Source: the human T2T-CHM13v2.0 reference genome, Homo sapiens
Length of the DNA: 64,000 nucleotides
Assembly: GCF_009914755.1 (NCBI RefSeq)
Contig: NC_060927.1
Reading direction: 5' to 3' (one strand)
In this document: positions 1-13,916 of the stretch, one piece after another
Layout of the letters: each line of letters opens with the position of its first letter
Position numbering within the stretch: position 1 is the stretch's first letter
Notes under the pieces: model-generated
Database searches by the model: none
What the model saw: only the letters and a program-made list of their open reading frames with translations
What the model was told of the DNA's origin: nothing
Position numbers and translations under genes: made by a program

Positions 1-1030
1 ATGATGGCCCACTTCTCACAGTTCTATTAGGCAGTGTCCCAGCAGGGACCCTGTGTGGGGGCTCTGACCCCACATTTCCCATCTGCACTGATCTAGCAGA
101 AGTTCTCCATGAGAGCCCCACCCCTGCAGCAAACTTCTGCCTGGGCATCCAGGCATTTACATACATGTTCCAAAATCTAGGTTGAGGTTCCCAAACCCTG
201 ATTCTTGACTTCTGTGCAGTCGCAGGCTCAACACCTTGTGGAAGCTGCCCAGGCTTCAGGCTCGCACCCTCTGAAGCCATGGCCCAAGCTCTACATTGGC
301 TCCTTTCAGCCATGGCTAGAGTGGCTAGGACGCAGGCACCAAGTCCCTAGGCTGCTCATACAGGGACCCTGGGCCTAGCCCATGAAACCACTTTTTCCTC
401 CTAGGCCTCTAGGCCTGTGATGGGAGGGGCTGCTGTGAAGACCTCTGACATGACCTGGAGACATTTTCCTCATTGTCATGGGGATTAACATTCAGCTGCT
501 CATTACTTAGGCAAATTTCTGCAACTGGCTTGAATTTCTCCTCAGAAAACGGGATTTTCTTTTCTATCACATTGTCAGGCTGCAAATTTTCCAAACTTTT
601 ATGCTCTGCTTCCCTTATAAAACTGAATGCCTTTAACAGCACCCAAGTCACCTCTTGAATGCTTTGCTGCTTAGAAATTTCTTTTGCCAGATACCCTAAA
701 TCATCTCTCTCAAGTTCAAAGTTCCACAAATCTCTAGGGCAGGGGCAAAATACAGACATAACATAACAAGAGTCACCTTTGCTCCAGTTCCCAACAAATT
801 TCTCATTTCCATCTGAGACCACTTCAGCTTGGACTTTATGTCCATATTGCTCTCAGGATTTTGGGCAAAGCCATTCAACAAGTCTCTAGGAAGTTCCAAA
901 CTTTCCCACATTTTCCTGTCTACTTCTGAGTCCTCCAAACTGTTCTAACCCCTGCCTATTACCCAGTTCCAAAGTCACTTTCATATTGGTGGGCATCTAC
1001 AGCATCACCTCACTCCCAGTAGCAATTTAC
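1..1030 (-). mobile_element. THE1-int (ERVL-MaLR internal region), 5' part; continues beyond the window start
   Basis: On the minus strand the LTR end (...TAATACA) runs directly into GTAAATTGCTAC..., like the THE1-int start; typical THE1-int text such as ATGAGAGCCCCACCCCTGCAGCAAACTTCTGCCTGG. Confidence 0.9.
409..822 (-). pseudogene. Relic of the MaLR internal ORF
   Basis: ORF-track peptide (GNWSKGDSCY...CPCPRDLWNFELERDDLGYLAKEISKQQSIQEVTWVLLKAFSF) resembles the MaLR-int ORF; the upstream part is in another frame (696..938), so it is frameshifted. Confidence 0.6.
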
Positions 1031-1366
1031 TGTATTAGTCCATTTTCACATTGTTGATAAAGACATACCTGAGACTGGGCAATTTACAAAAGAAAGAGGT
1101 TTATTGGACTTACAGTTCCACATCCCTGGGGAGGAGAAAGTCATATCTTACATGGATAGCAGCAGGCAAAGAGAGGGCTTGTGCAGAGATACTTCCATTT
1201 TTAAAACCATCAGATCTTGTGAGAGCCATTCACTATCATGAGAACAGCATGGGAAAGACTTGCCCCATGATTCAACCATCTCCCACTGGATCCCTCCCAC
1301 AACACATGGGAATTATGGGAGCTACAGGATGAGATTTGGGTGTGGACACAGAGCCAAACCATATCA
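1031..1366 (-). mobile_element. THE1B-like LTR (5' LTR of the element)
   Basis: Termini TGTATTAGTC... and ...CCAAACCATATCA (TG...CA); body matches THE1B, with a small internal deletion near 1125. Confidence 0.9.
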
Positions 1367-3815
1367 CCAACTCTGTGATTATGATGAAAAGAATATGAAC
1401 AAAAGCCACTCAGTATGGACAAGCAAGATTTGTATGATGTACTTAGAAAAACTTGCTCTTATATTTTTGCTCTTTCTATTCATCAACTTTTTTTCTATTT
1501 TAGAATTGTATTCTTTTCACTTCCTATCTAGCTACACTACAGAGGGATGTTTTTTGGGGCCTTGCTTGGAAGTAGAGTGTATGGTGGGTGGTTGTCATTT
1601 ATTCTGTCATTACCTGAAACTTGCTCCTTGGACCCATTCTTCTCTAGAAAACAACTGTTTTGAGGATGATATATGTCTTTCAATTGGGTGATAATAAATC
1701 AAGGTGGCACAGAGCCCTAACTGCAATCTTTTCAAAAAACAATACTATTTCAAGAAGCACAAAGTGAAGTCTTTAGGTTTAAGATACTGGGAAACCCCAG
1801 TGTTTCTTCTGCCCAATGGTCCCTTGCTTTTCTGCTCCTTCATTGAATAACCATATGAATATACTGCAGAGGCCTTGTTACCTGGTCGCTAAGGCCTCTG
1901 TCTCCTTAGCAACTAAACTTTTCAGGGATTATAGGGAAAATGTTTGCTTCAGCCTTGAAGCTGTTTTAATGCCTTCAAATGTCAGGAAAAAAAAGTTTGT
2001 ATAGTCCCTTGGGTGCTGGTGGGGCAAGAGATAATATTTAAAAACATGTTTAGTAGGTTCTTTACTAGGCAGAAACCTTCAATTTAAATAAACCTTAAAA
2101 TTTATACAGAAACGTGTATAAATTTTAAGCATAACATAAATGTAAATAAGTTGTGGAGTTTGAGCAGAGGAAAACCCCCTTATTTGGCTATCTTAAAGGC
2201 ATCAGGTATGGGACATTATGATGCCCTCTATCTACCCATTTTCAAAGCAATGGGGATTTGCTTTTACAATTGCTAAGCCAAAAAAGCAAAGGAAGTTGGG
2301 TCAAAAAATCACTCACACTGATTTTCATCTTGAGTATGCAAGGAAAATGCAGTTTTTAACATTTCTCTATCAATTATTAGATCCTCCTCACCTCCTCATA
2401 AGTACCCACCTATCCAATATCAGTTCTTTTGGATTTTTCCTTATGTGATCCATAATTTGGACATTCTCTTTAAGTAGCATGATCTAATGGAGATCATGTT
2501 TCTTCAAACTCTTCTCCCATACCTGGACCCCAAACCATTGTTTTTTCTCAACCGAACAGCTGAATGTAGAAAAGAGACTTACCATCTTCTTATGGTGTCG
2601 AGGAAATAGATTCTCAGATCTTTGTTTAGTAATCTATGCTGTTCCTGGAATGGTGAGCTCTGAAGTATAACTAATTCCATCCCTGCTGGCATCTACTGCT
2701 GAAGGATGCACCTGGTAGTCCTTAGGGTCTCCATTTTTTCTTGGATTAGTCAGAACTCTTGTATATTTGACACCATCTGGCACTCCCTGGTGCCATGGAT
2801 ACACCTGAGAGACAGTGACAACTCCTACACATCAGGCCCAAACATCTGCTTTGTGGTCTTTAGCTATAGCAGACCCTTAACTGACATCCAGGTGCCCCTC
2901 AGACCCATGTAGAGACATCTGAGTCCCATCCGTGCCTGTGAGAATCAAGTTTGACTCAGGAGAAATAACTTTGACTCTCCGTCTGGTTAAGCTAGCCTAT
3001 ACCAGCAAGACTACTTTCACGTGGCTGACTCCACATTGATGAGCCAGAAGACTCAGCCCAGGGTACTAAATGTGAATTAGGATGAAGGCCCCTTGATGTC
3101 TGTGTTCATCTCAACTTTGTTTATCACGCCAACCTTACCCCTAATTCCCAACCACCTACTCCTACAGATATACAATCGCCATACAGTTCTCTAATCCCAC
3201 ACTTCTACCTCTTTCTTGTCTACATAATTCCATGTCTTAAAGAAATATGATTTTTTATTTTCCCTTTTTATCTGTCTAGGCCTTTTTTCTACCTTATATT
3301 TTTCTCTAACTACAGTCTCATGCTTGAGTTTTAATGGTGGAAAAATTATGGGAGGGACATTTCCCCACCAAGGGCACAGATCAAGAGGCTTTTTCTAATA
3401 TGGTACCTTCTGCCCATTGTGTGCAATCAAGCTTATCATCTGAGAGCAACCTGGGAAATAAAGAAATGCAGAGAGAGTAAGAAGAGGCTGAAGGCCCTAA
3501 GAGGTGGTAAACAGAACGAGCATCACTAGATAGAGAAAGGGGTTCAGACAGCAGGGATAAATAGGGCTCGGTGAGTTCCACAGGACAGTGAATGGGAAGA
3601 GGAAATTTTAGGGTTTCCTTAGGGCCTTTTTGGAATATGCTAAGCAGGATATGGGTGGGAAGATAAGGTCAGATATGAGAGAGGCTGGATTGTATATCAA
3701 ATTGGAAGGAAGAGGGTAGTACAAATCAGAAAGGGGCAGCAAAGTCAGGAGGCAAGGGAGTCTAATAATAGCAGAGGTAAAGTACAATGAAAAAAAATAT
3801 TAGCAGAGGTAGTCA

Positions 3816-4193
<378 letters not shown>

Positions 4194-4371
4194 AGTTAAA
4201 TGTGTGGAAGGCATTCCCTTAATGTGAAACTTACTCAGCACATCTTCCTAGGGTGACTCCTTAATAAAAATAGACAGGACATGCCAAACCCCAAAATATC
4301 CCACTTATCATCAGCATGGCTGAAGGGGGTTCACTGAAAATGAATTTCTATTGTCATTTTCTTTTTTTATT

Positions 4372-4570
4372 TTTTTGGTCTCTGCCTGGGTTCCATGCAA
4401 GCAGGCCCATGTTTTTCACCTCAATTGTGAGAGGTACAAAATGGGCAGACAAATCATCTTCCCCATTGTCAATTTTTGGTCTCAATCTGGGTTCCATGCA
4501 AGACTCATGTTTGTCAACTAAACTGTTAGAGGTACAAAATTGGCAGACCAATTATCTTTCTCATTATCAA
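4372..4570. repeat. Old two-copy tandem duplication, ~100 bp unit
   Basis: 4372-4472 vs 4473-4570 align by eye with 16 mismatches and one 3 bp gap; shared blocks CTGGGTTCCATGCAAG and AGAGGTACAAAAT. Confidence 0.85.
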
Positions 4571-5503
4571 CTCCATCAGAGTCCCATGATTGATACTTAA
4601 TAGGCCCTTAATATGTATTTGCCAAATGATTGAATTGATGAATCAGTGAATTACTCCATGGAGTTCTTAGGGAGTGGAAGTCTCTAGCCCAAATAAATGT
4701 ATCCTTAAATATTATACAAATGTGTATTCAAATTCATTTTCAGTTGAGAAAAGAGTTGATAAGTGCCAGGTCATTTAGGTAAATGAGTCAAATAAAAAAT
4801 TCAAAAGGCAGAAAATATTTTAGAAGGGACCATTTAAGACACCTCTGTGAGGTTCTCTATTACCCTGCTGTGATAGTAAAGTCCATCATCAATACAAATA
4901 ATTGCTGAAGTGCATTGATAAGAAAGACATCTTAATTAAAGATTCTACTATAAACATATGTGAACCAATCCAATTTCTAGGCCACAGGGCAATAATAACC
5001 TTCCTATCTAACATGTTTCTTATTTTTATGAGCATTTATTCTTTGGAGCAATGCTGCCTAATTGGACCAAGCACAGGGGGAAATAACATTAATGCTATTT
5101 GCTCTCTGTTTGATATCACCTTTGAATGGGAACGTGACACAGAGCACAGAAGTATGTAAAGCTCCCATACAACCTGACTTCCAGACATAAGGAACAAAGA
5201 TAAGTCCTGGCTAAGTCCACTAGATGTAGATATAAGGGCTTTTGATATATTTACACTCAAGTGTTGGTGCTGACTCAGATTTCTTATTATTTAAACTTCT
5301 TCCAAGATTGAGTAGATTCTTTCCCAAGTTACTGAATCCCAAAAGAAGGTAGAAAATAGAACTTTAAATACAAGATACAAAGATTAAAAACTTTAAGGAG
5401 ACAACTAAAATTGCCATTAGAAGTAATCACATATAAATCTTGAACAATGTACAACTTCTGCTTACAAAAAATACTAAACCTTGAAGTAAAAATGTCTGGG
5501 TAA

Positions 5504-5635
5504 GGACAGCCATGGTGGTGTATGCCTGTAGTGCCAGCTACATGGGAGGCCAAGGTGGGGGGAATTGATTGAACCTGGGAATTCGAAGCTCTGATATTGC
5601 CTGGGCAATACAGTAAGAACCTATCTTTTAAAAAA
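5504..5635 (+). mobile_element. Alu monomer (FLAM/FRAM-like)
   Basis: Single ~130 bp arm ATGGTGGTGTATGCCTGTAGTGCCAGCTAC...CCTGGGCAATACAGTAAGA plus A tail; degenerate TSD AAAAATGTCTGGGTA / AAAAATTGCTGGGTA. Confidence 0.8.
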
Positions 5636-6551
5636 TTGCTGGGTAGAAAATGCTTTAAAGTTTGCCTTACATTACCTTGTCTATGGACTAACAGTTTCTA
5701 AATTTTTTACTGAGCTTATGTGTTTGAAATGAGGAAAAACTGACTTCTTAATTTTAAACCATGATTTGTTGCAGAGAGTAGTTGCTGCATGTAGAATAAA
5801 TAGTTCTGACTATGATTCCGTATATTTTTAGGGAGTTTTCCATGAGACAAGTCAGTAGATACTATGTGGTTTGTCATTTTAAATTGCTTATTAATAAACA
5901 AAAAGTTCTCATCTGTACTATTTTTCCACTGTATTCTTTTGTAACATTTCACTAAAAACATATTGCTATTAAATGAGTTGGAAAACAGTGGGTTTATATT
6001 TATTTGATATAGATTTGATATATTATATTGATTTAATATTATTGCCTACACTACTTTTCAATAGCACCACAACCAAACCAATAGACATTTTATTGAGAAA
6101 TATCTTTTAGTAAAATAATTCAACCTGTCTTTTGTACAAGAGATGTATATCAGAGATGACACAGTATTCTCTTCCATCCACTTGCTTTCATTAATGGCAA
6201 AATACAATTATGAACATTAGAGAACTTCCACTTTGAGTTACCTCAATGTTGGTTCATTTTTCCACCAGGATTCTTTCTCACTTGGCTGAATTTCTTTCCT
6301 CCATCTCCCTTTGCCCTTTGCTACATTTGTTGCCATCTGAAATATTCTTTATTTAACTTTTTGCTTTTTGTTTTAGCTTAGGTGGCCTAGAGGGGCAAGA
6401 CTGGTGTGGCAAATTGGGATCAGCAGTGTTGATAGGTGAACATTTTCATCAGTGGCCTCATTTTTGGTGTCAGGCTGAGGACTTGGGGATGGAAGTCAGA
6501 AGACCCACACAGTCTAAGCAAGTAGCCTTTGAAAGAAAGCCTTATTTAGCC

Positions 6552-6872
6552 TGTCTTAGTTCATTTGTGCTGGTATAAAAGAATACCCCAAACTAGGGAA
6601 TTTATGAAGAACAGAAACTTATTTCTCACATTTCTGGAGGCTGGGAATTCCAAAATCAAGTTGCTGGCATCTGGTGAGGGCATTCTTGTTTTGTCCTCAC
6701 ATGGCAGAAGGAGAAGTACAAGATGGGGCCAACTACCTCTGTCACACCTCTTTAGAAGGGTACTTAATCCCACTCATGAGGGAGGAGCCCATATGGCCTA
6801 ATCATTTTTTAAGGCCTTTACTATCACATCGACAACACTGAAGTTTGGAGAAGACACATTCAAACCATAGCA
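6552..6872 (-). mobile_element. Solo MaLR LTR (MST/MLT1A class)
   Basis: TGTCTTAGTTCATTTGTGCTG...ACACATTCAAACCATAGCA termini; internal TTTCTCACATTTCTGGAGGCTGGGAA motif. Confidence 0.85.
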
Positions 6873-7744
6873 GAGACCCTGCATGTCACCTGAGAATTGT
6901 AATAGCTCTGACCATTCTAAGATATTACAAATGGAGAGGTGATTGAGACTGACTCTTCACTGACAGGATCTGCTAGGTAATTCCTTTAGCAGTAGCTAAT
7001 TAAGAGATACTTGTTATTTGTGGCTAACTTTAACATTATCCATCATAAGATATCCTGATGTCAAATTCCTTTTGACTTTTTTTGGATATCCTTTAATTAT
7101 TTACTAGAGTAGAGATGTTTTAAGGCATGGAAGGGCGGGTGGAGGGAAGAAAGCTGACATATCTGAACAAGTGAGTAATTTATAATGGAACTAAAATATT
7201 CATAAAATGTCAACTCAGATAGTTCAATTAACACAATCCATTCTATTTCCACTTCAAATTGTAAATTGAAGCCTCAAATAATGTTTGTTTTGCAATGGAC
7301 AATGCATTGCTAAACTAAACAAGAAATGTGAAGTCACTACCTTTGTGCTTAGTTGATCTCTTTAGATCTGGAGTGGGAAATAGACTGTTTATTATACATC
7401 AGTATAAATAGCAAAAATGAGAACTCTGTTAAGTGAATTCATTTTCTAAGCCAATGATTCTTCAGTATTTTTCAGGAAGACAGGTCACTGATTTAGCTTG
7501 GTTACTTGACAACATTTTTCATAGGTTTGTTAGGTTTTTACTCTTTGTATTTTTGTAGGAGAGAAGGCTAAGGTGCACAAAATTGGATGACTCATAATCC
7601 TTAATTTATGATACATTCTTATAAGGGATACTTGTGCAACAAATTTAGATATATCATTGGTTAATTACTTAAAATATTTAATCAGTTTCAAACAAAACAA
7701 AGCTAAACCTTGATAATAGCTTACATCTAATTCTCCCCTCTCCC

Positions 7745-7870
7745 ACTAACCCGTCTTCACTGGGGTGAAATCTGAAGCTGGAAAGGACAAATGACTTGCC
7801 CAAGGTCACACCACTGTGTGTGAGGGTAGAGATGGATTTTAAAAACAGGTTTGAACCTTCTAACCATTAA
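7745..7870 (-). mobile_element. MIR fragment
   Basis: MIR core ATGACTTGCCCAAGGTCACAC. Confidence 0.5.
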
Positions 7871-8274
7871 CTATAGGTTTAGCAAAAATAATATGTCAGT
7901 GATGTTTTAAGCAAAAAACAAAACAAAACAAAAAACCTTCATGGAAGAGAGGACGCTTTATCTTCATTGTCAGCAGATAAATTATCTACTACATAGAGGT
8001 GAAAATGAAAACCATTTGGAAATATTCCATGAGTGATATGTACTTCTTGCAGTCACATAGTCTTACTTATCTATAAAGGCAAGATACAAAGTATAGGAAA
8101 AGGTAATAACATAAAAACCTGAATATCTATAAAGCGATATATACATATACTGATATACTGGTTACATTGCTGAGAATTCTTAAACCATTAGTGTAATATG
8201 CCTCATTCGTATAGGTTAAATCATCCATCATTATGTGCTACAAATTGTTTAAAAAATCATCACAAAGTGTCACC

Positions 8275-8410
8275 TTTTACATGTTAATCCAAGCAACATC
8301 ATCTCCTTCAATACAGTCACCTTGGAAGACTTGGCACTTGTTCTAACAATGCTGCAAATTTCTTGAAAAGTTTTTGGAGCTTATTTTAATTGGATTTTCA
8401 CTCACGTCAC
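8275..8410. mobile_element. Ancient mariner relic (MARNA-like)
   Basis: CAACATCATCTCCTTCAATACAGTCACCTTGGAAGAC...CAATGCTGC...TTTTTGGAGC resembles the MARNA consensus as remembered. Confidence 0.45.
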
Positions 8411-8491
8411 TTAAGAGATGCCTAATAAACCAATATCACTATTTTAATATTCTTTCTATACCACCACTGCTCAGAATGGCATCATTCATTT

Positions 8492-8950
8492 TTATATCAG
8501 TCAGGATTTTTAGCTGCAAGCAACAGAAACTGACACTTATTGATATAAATAGACAAGGAATTTCCTGATTGAAAACAGGATAGCTCATAGAATTTCTGGG
8601 AAGGGTGGAAAACTAGGCTTTTTAAACAAGTAGATTCTAAGGGCATCTGGAATCAGAAGGATTGCCCAAATAATTCCCTTGACACAGCGTTATGAAAACA
8701 CAGCTAAGCGTGTGTTACCACAGCACCTGCTTTTGATAGCATCGGCAATGGATCCTGGCTGCAGACATTGGCATTGTGTATGTTGATGCCACTTTCACTG
8801 TAGGTGGAAATAATTCTCCCTCCTTCCTTCTTCCTTAATCTGCCACCTCCAGATTCAAAATACTGGTTGGGTTCATCTAATTGGCTTAAATTTCACCATG
8901 GTGCTATTACTTTCAGGAGAGCTGGAAAAAAGATTGCCTGGTGACTTCCC
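8492..8950 (-). mobile_element. Old ERVL LTR (LTR33-like)
   Basis: Start TATATCAGTCAGGATTTTTAGCTGCAAGCAACAGAAAC and GGATAGCTCATAGAAT; right boundary uncertain. Confidence 0.45.
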
Positions 8951-9002
8951 TTCCCATGTAGTAGAGATGGAGTAGGGCTCACAAATATTTATGTTTCTCA
9001 TC

Positions 9003-9345
9003 TGTAGTGTAGAGTTGTTTCCTCTGCTGGCTTCCTGGCCAGGATCTCTATTTCCCAGCTCGCTGTGTGTTTCGATGTGGCTGTGTGACTAATTTTTCTG
9101 AATAGAATGGCAATGGAAGTTATGTGTGTCAATGATGTAGTTAAGGATGGATGTGCCTCCTTCACTTTCTCTTTTACCTTCTGTAGGACCTTGTATTGAA
9201 GACAGCGTAACCCCCAAGAGGAAAGGAGCTTGGAGCCCTGAATCAGAGTAGAAGACAGGCTGAATGAATACCAGCCTTGGACTGTTGTGTGAATGAAAAA
9301 CAAGTTTTGAGATTTGTGTGGTTTATTTATTATAGTTACTGTTAT
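9003..9345 (+). mobile_element. MLT1 (I/J-like) LTR
   Basis: TATTTCCCAGCTC...GATGTGGCTGTGTGACTAATT...AATAGAATGGCAATGGAAGTTATGTGTGTCA and TGGAGCCCTGAATCA motifs. Confidence 0.6.
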
Positions 9346-11144
9346 TATTAAAGTTTTTCACTGCTTTACTCTCAGTTATTTGTGTTAATTATGTAGTGGC
9401 TTGTGACACACTGATCTCCAGGGATCGTTGAAAGTGAATCAATGTGCTCCTATAGTAGGAAGAGAATCAGTTGATTTGCACTTAAGGTTGGGGATCTGGA
9501 GAAAGGTAGGTGGCATAAATTAGAACTAGGCCAAGAGTTTCTAATCCTTTCCTTATGTGATATACAGGATGTGTGGCTCAGGAATAGTGATATACTCCCT
9601 TGTTTGTGTTCTACACTGTCCTTAATCCCAATCCTTACATATAATTCTACCTGGACTTAATTCGTAGAATTACCTTAAATCTGTTTAATATATATGTATT
9701 AAAAATCACCCAACCTCATATTTTCATACTTTAGCATCAGTAGAAAATTACTTGAGACATACCTCACAGTCATGCAACATATCAGTATGCCAGGACAATG
9801 AGGTTAGCACTTTCTTACCAAGCGTGGGCTTGAATAGAAATCTACTCAGGAAAAAGTGGATGGTCGTTTTAGTTCATTAGAAAGAAACTTCATACCCATG
9901 TGCATAAATTCGGCCTGTAAAAAACTACACTCCCTAACACACACTTTACTCTTCTCCATAACCCAAACCATGCCTTCCTCCACAAAATCTTTGAAACTAT
10001 TTTTTCATTACATAATTTTCTCTCATAAGTCTCTCCCTGTTTTCATTTTGGCCATATAGCTCTTACTTATAAATGTGACATGGAGGAGGCTTGTCAAGTC
10101 CCCAGGAGGCTCCAGGCCAAGCATTACCCCCAAAGTGGAAGCTTATCCATGTAGAATGTTCCAGACTGCAAAGGATTCTCCTCTTGAGCTTCAGATTGTA
10201 ATACCACTGGTCTCACATAATATTTCTTGTTGGCAGGGAAAGTGAGATTTTTCTCTGAGATAATTTTAGTTAAACCCATCAGCTGCATTTTATGCAGCCT
10301 CAGGAGAATACAGAGAACCTGCTCTGAGGTCACTTTCTCTTGGTGACATTTTCCAGGTTAGCAGCTGTGCTGGGACAAGGAAAGCTGCTCTGAGGGTCAG
10401 GCATGAGACTTGAGGTATTTGTGCCCTGGTAAAAATTGTTTCCAGAGTGAGTCAGATTCTTCTGATAGACAGTGATGGGATTATGCTGATCAGCAAAAGC
10501 CAACAGTATGTGTCTTACATTGTATCTTATGGATAGGGGCTAAATGGTCTCCTAAGTCAAGGATGGGATAAGGGAATCTAGCTTTTGGTTCCACTGATAT
10601 TCATACCTTCCTCAACTCTTGAAGACATTTTAAAATAACGTTTATTTTTGCAAAGTTTCTCAGAAAAGCAGCTCCCAAACTTTGCAGAGCTCAGTTACAC
10701 TGTCTTCAACGCTGCAACACCTCCCCAGGCATTCATGGAGAACTGGAAACATTTTTCCTTTCCAAAGAGGTAGTTTAAATCCTCCAGAACACAGTCACTG
10801 CCCACAGTGGTAAATTTATTAATTGACAAACCTGGGATATATCATGGAGGGTAAAGATTTAAGAGATCCTTCAGGTCATGGTCTTTTCTTCCAGGAAATT
10901 CATCTCATGAGAAATGAAAAGAAAAAAAAAATATGCCAGTGGCATGTACACTGCTGGAACCTTCAAAATCTACTGCTTTGACACTTCCACATTTTTCTTG
11001 CTATTACAAACATCATCTCTTCCTTGCTAGAGATGTTACCGCCTCCAGCAAAGTCTGGATAAGCTAGGGTGGCAGACACAGTTAGTAAGGGACATGAAGA
11101 ATGGGGAAAGAAGAAGATGGGAGCAGGGCCTGTCTTGCCTGGGA

Positions 11145-11550
11145 ACGCTCACATAGATGCATTTGTCTGGTGGACCAGCTGGAGATGGAGGTTTTAATAT
11201 GGCCTCACCCACATCTGGGGTCTTGGCAAAGATGGCTAGAAAGCTGGGACATCTCTCTCCATGTGGTTTCTCATCATTCAGGCATCAAGCGCAAGCTTCT
11301 TTACATGACAATTTATTCTAAGAAGGTGGGAATGGAGGCTACAAGGCGTTTAAGGCCTAGGCTCTAGAATTTCCAGGTGTCACTTCTTCTACTTTCTATT
11401 CATCAGAGCAAGTCACAAAGGCAGCTGAGAGTCAAAGGAGAAGTAGATGTATTGCATGCTAGGAAGATCAGAACATCACATTGCAAAAGGCTATGGACAC
11501 AGAGATTCATCCTGTATTGAGGGCCACTATTAAAACAGTAGCCATACCAG
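11145..11550 (-). mobile_element. MLT1 (G/H-like) LTR fragment
   Basis: ATGGCCTCACCCACATCTGG, CTCTCTCCATGTGG, AAGGCCTAGGCTCTAGAA, TTCTATTCATCAGAGCAAGTCACAAAG motifs. Confidence 0.65.
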
Positions 11551-11631
11551 AAACGTTTCCCTTCACTTGGCTAATTCATATTTGTCATATGGCTGTCAGT
11601 TTGTTTGCCACTTCCTTCTGGGATCCCGTGA

Positions 11632-11982
<351 letters not shown>

Positions 11983-12340
11983 TGAAATCACCCGTTTCCA
12001 TGTGCGTCTTCTCCAGATTGTGAGTCCACCATTTTATCTCTAGGGTATAGTGCAGTGCCTGGGACCTGGGAAGATTCCACTAAATATTAGTTAAATGGAT
12101 GAGGCTCAAAGAGCTGAGAATCTTATCCATGATTACACAGAAAATAAACTCAGGTGCACTTCCAGGGGATCTTACCTCAGGAAAGGAAGACATTACATCA
12201 ACTTTTTAAATAATAGTGATTAATACAATGGAATGATCGTCTTACTTTGGCTTACAACAATCAGGACGTAACTTTGGCAGTGGTCCTTCTCATTGTCAGG
12301 TTTGTTCTGGGGAAAAGTCTGCCGTTGGAGAGATAGAGTT

Positions 12341-12508
12341 CAGTCCTGCTACTCAAAGCATGGTCTGGGGCCCAGGATCATCAGCATCACCTGGGAGCTG
12401 GTTAGCAGTGCAAAATCTCAGGCCCTGCCCCAAATCTACTGAATGAAGATCTGCATTTTAACAAGATCCCAGGCAATTCCTATGTTCCTTAAAGGCCTAG
12501 AAGCACCC
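12341..12508. mobile_element. MER5A/MER5A1 (hAT-Charlie MITE)
   Basis: TGCTACTCAAAGCATGGTC...CAGCATCACCTGGGAGCT...TCTGCATTTTAACAAGATCCC. Confidence 0.75.
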
Positions 12509-13713
12509 AGTTAAAGTATATTTCTGAGTGCACTTTTACAATGCCAACACCAGTGACTCTTAAGAGTCAGCCTTAGAAGTAGCTTCATTCTCTTTTCTAG
12601 GTGAGATGATATTTCTTAATGAATTGTCACCAGATTTCCAACGTGACTTGAGTTTCATCTTTTCTGATTTTGCTAAGTGTAAATAAAAGCAAAACAAATA
12701 ACACTGGGCTTTTTGCTGAAATTTCTTAGTGAAGCATGATGGTGTGTTTGTTACTGAAATATTGTCATAATGTTTAAGTATTTTAGGCTTATACTCTACT
12801 CTTAAGTATTCAAACAGTAACAAAAGAATAATGTGTGCGCAGTGTAGGCGAAACCTTGTATTTTCTGAAATTTGTGTTGATAATTTCTAGCCTTTAAATT
12901 CATATGGAAATGTTTCCCATTTTTATTCTTTTACACATTAAAAAATAAGGCAGGAGAGTGTGCTATTCATAATAACCTGAGAAGAAAAACACAAAACCAT
13001 AGCTATGTGAAAGTGTGGAAAGAGATACAAAGCTTACCTAATTTAACCATGACTTTATTAAGTATTCAAAAGTAATAATTTTCCATGTTACAAACATAAT
13101 TCAAACCAAGAGTTTCAGGTGACAATCCATTAAGTTAAGTATACTTGTTATTATTATATTAATTACTATTATTATACAAATAAAAAGAGCAATTTCCCTG
13201 TGAAGTCAGAGGTGTGTTAGAATTTCTATAATAAAAGGGTTGGATTTTAGTGGGGTGTATGTATGCACACATGTACATGCATGTATGTCTCTGTTTGTAG
13301 GTTGAGTCTTCTTTGGACTAAACCTTTGAGAATAAACTCTTCAGGAACTCCATCAGACTAAGATTTGGATTTTCCAAGGATCCTATCTCTCACTAGGGAA
13401 TTCTCAGGGCTGGGTACAGTGCCTTACCTACTCAAAGACTTTGCTAATTCAAGAAGGAATATTGAAAGTGTTATCAAAGCCTGCACAAACCCCCTATTTG
13501 CATACCTTTCTCAGTGGTATCCTCCCAACTTTTGGAAGTTGCCCACATGTTTAGCAGCTCAGTTACTCAGCTTGTTAAGGGTTAAATGACTTAGGGAGGT
13601 GGTATCTAGTTGGGGAAGGGCCAAAGTTGGAATTTAGAGTCAGGCTTAGCGGCTGTATATCTGTTCCCTATCTATTACTGGTCAAACCGCCCTTGAAATG
13701 CAGGCGGTCTAGA

Positions 13714-13876
13714 CCAGTGATTCTCAAACTTGAGCCTGTATGAGTCACATGGAGATCTGGCTAAATCACAGATTGCTGGGCTTCCTCAGTAAGTCTGATT
13801 CAGTAGGTCTGGGATGGGCTTGAGTGCACCTCCAAGAACTAGATAATGCTGATGTTGCGGGGCCACACTTGAGAAT
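13714..13876. mobile_element. MER5A (hAT-Charlie MITE)
   Basis: CAGTGATTCTCAAACTTGAG...TCTGATTCAGTAGGTCTGGG...CCACACTTGAGAA. Confidence 0.7.
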
Positions 13877-13916
13877 ATTTACAACTCTCAAAAAGTTAAG
13901 AAAGACTATTCTGAGA

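Noticed and set aside
2700-3720. Possible very old LTR relics
   Set aside because: Composition is suggestive but I could not match termini or a family with confidence.
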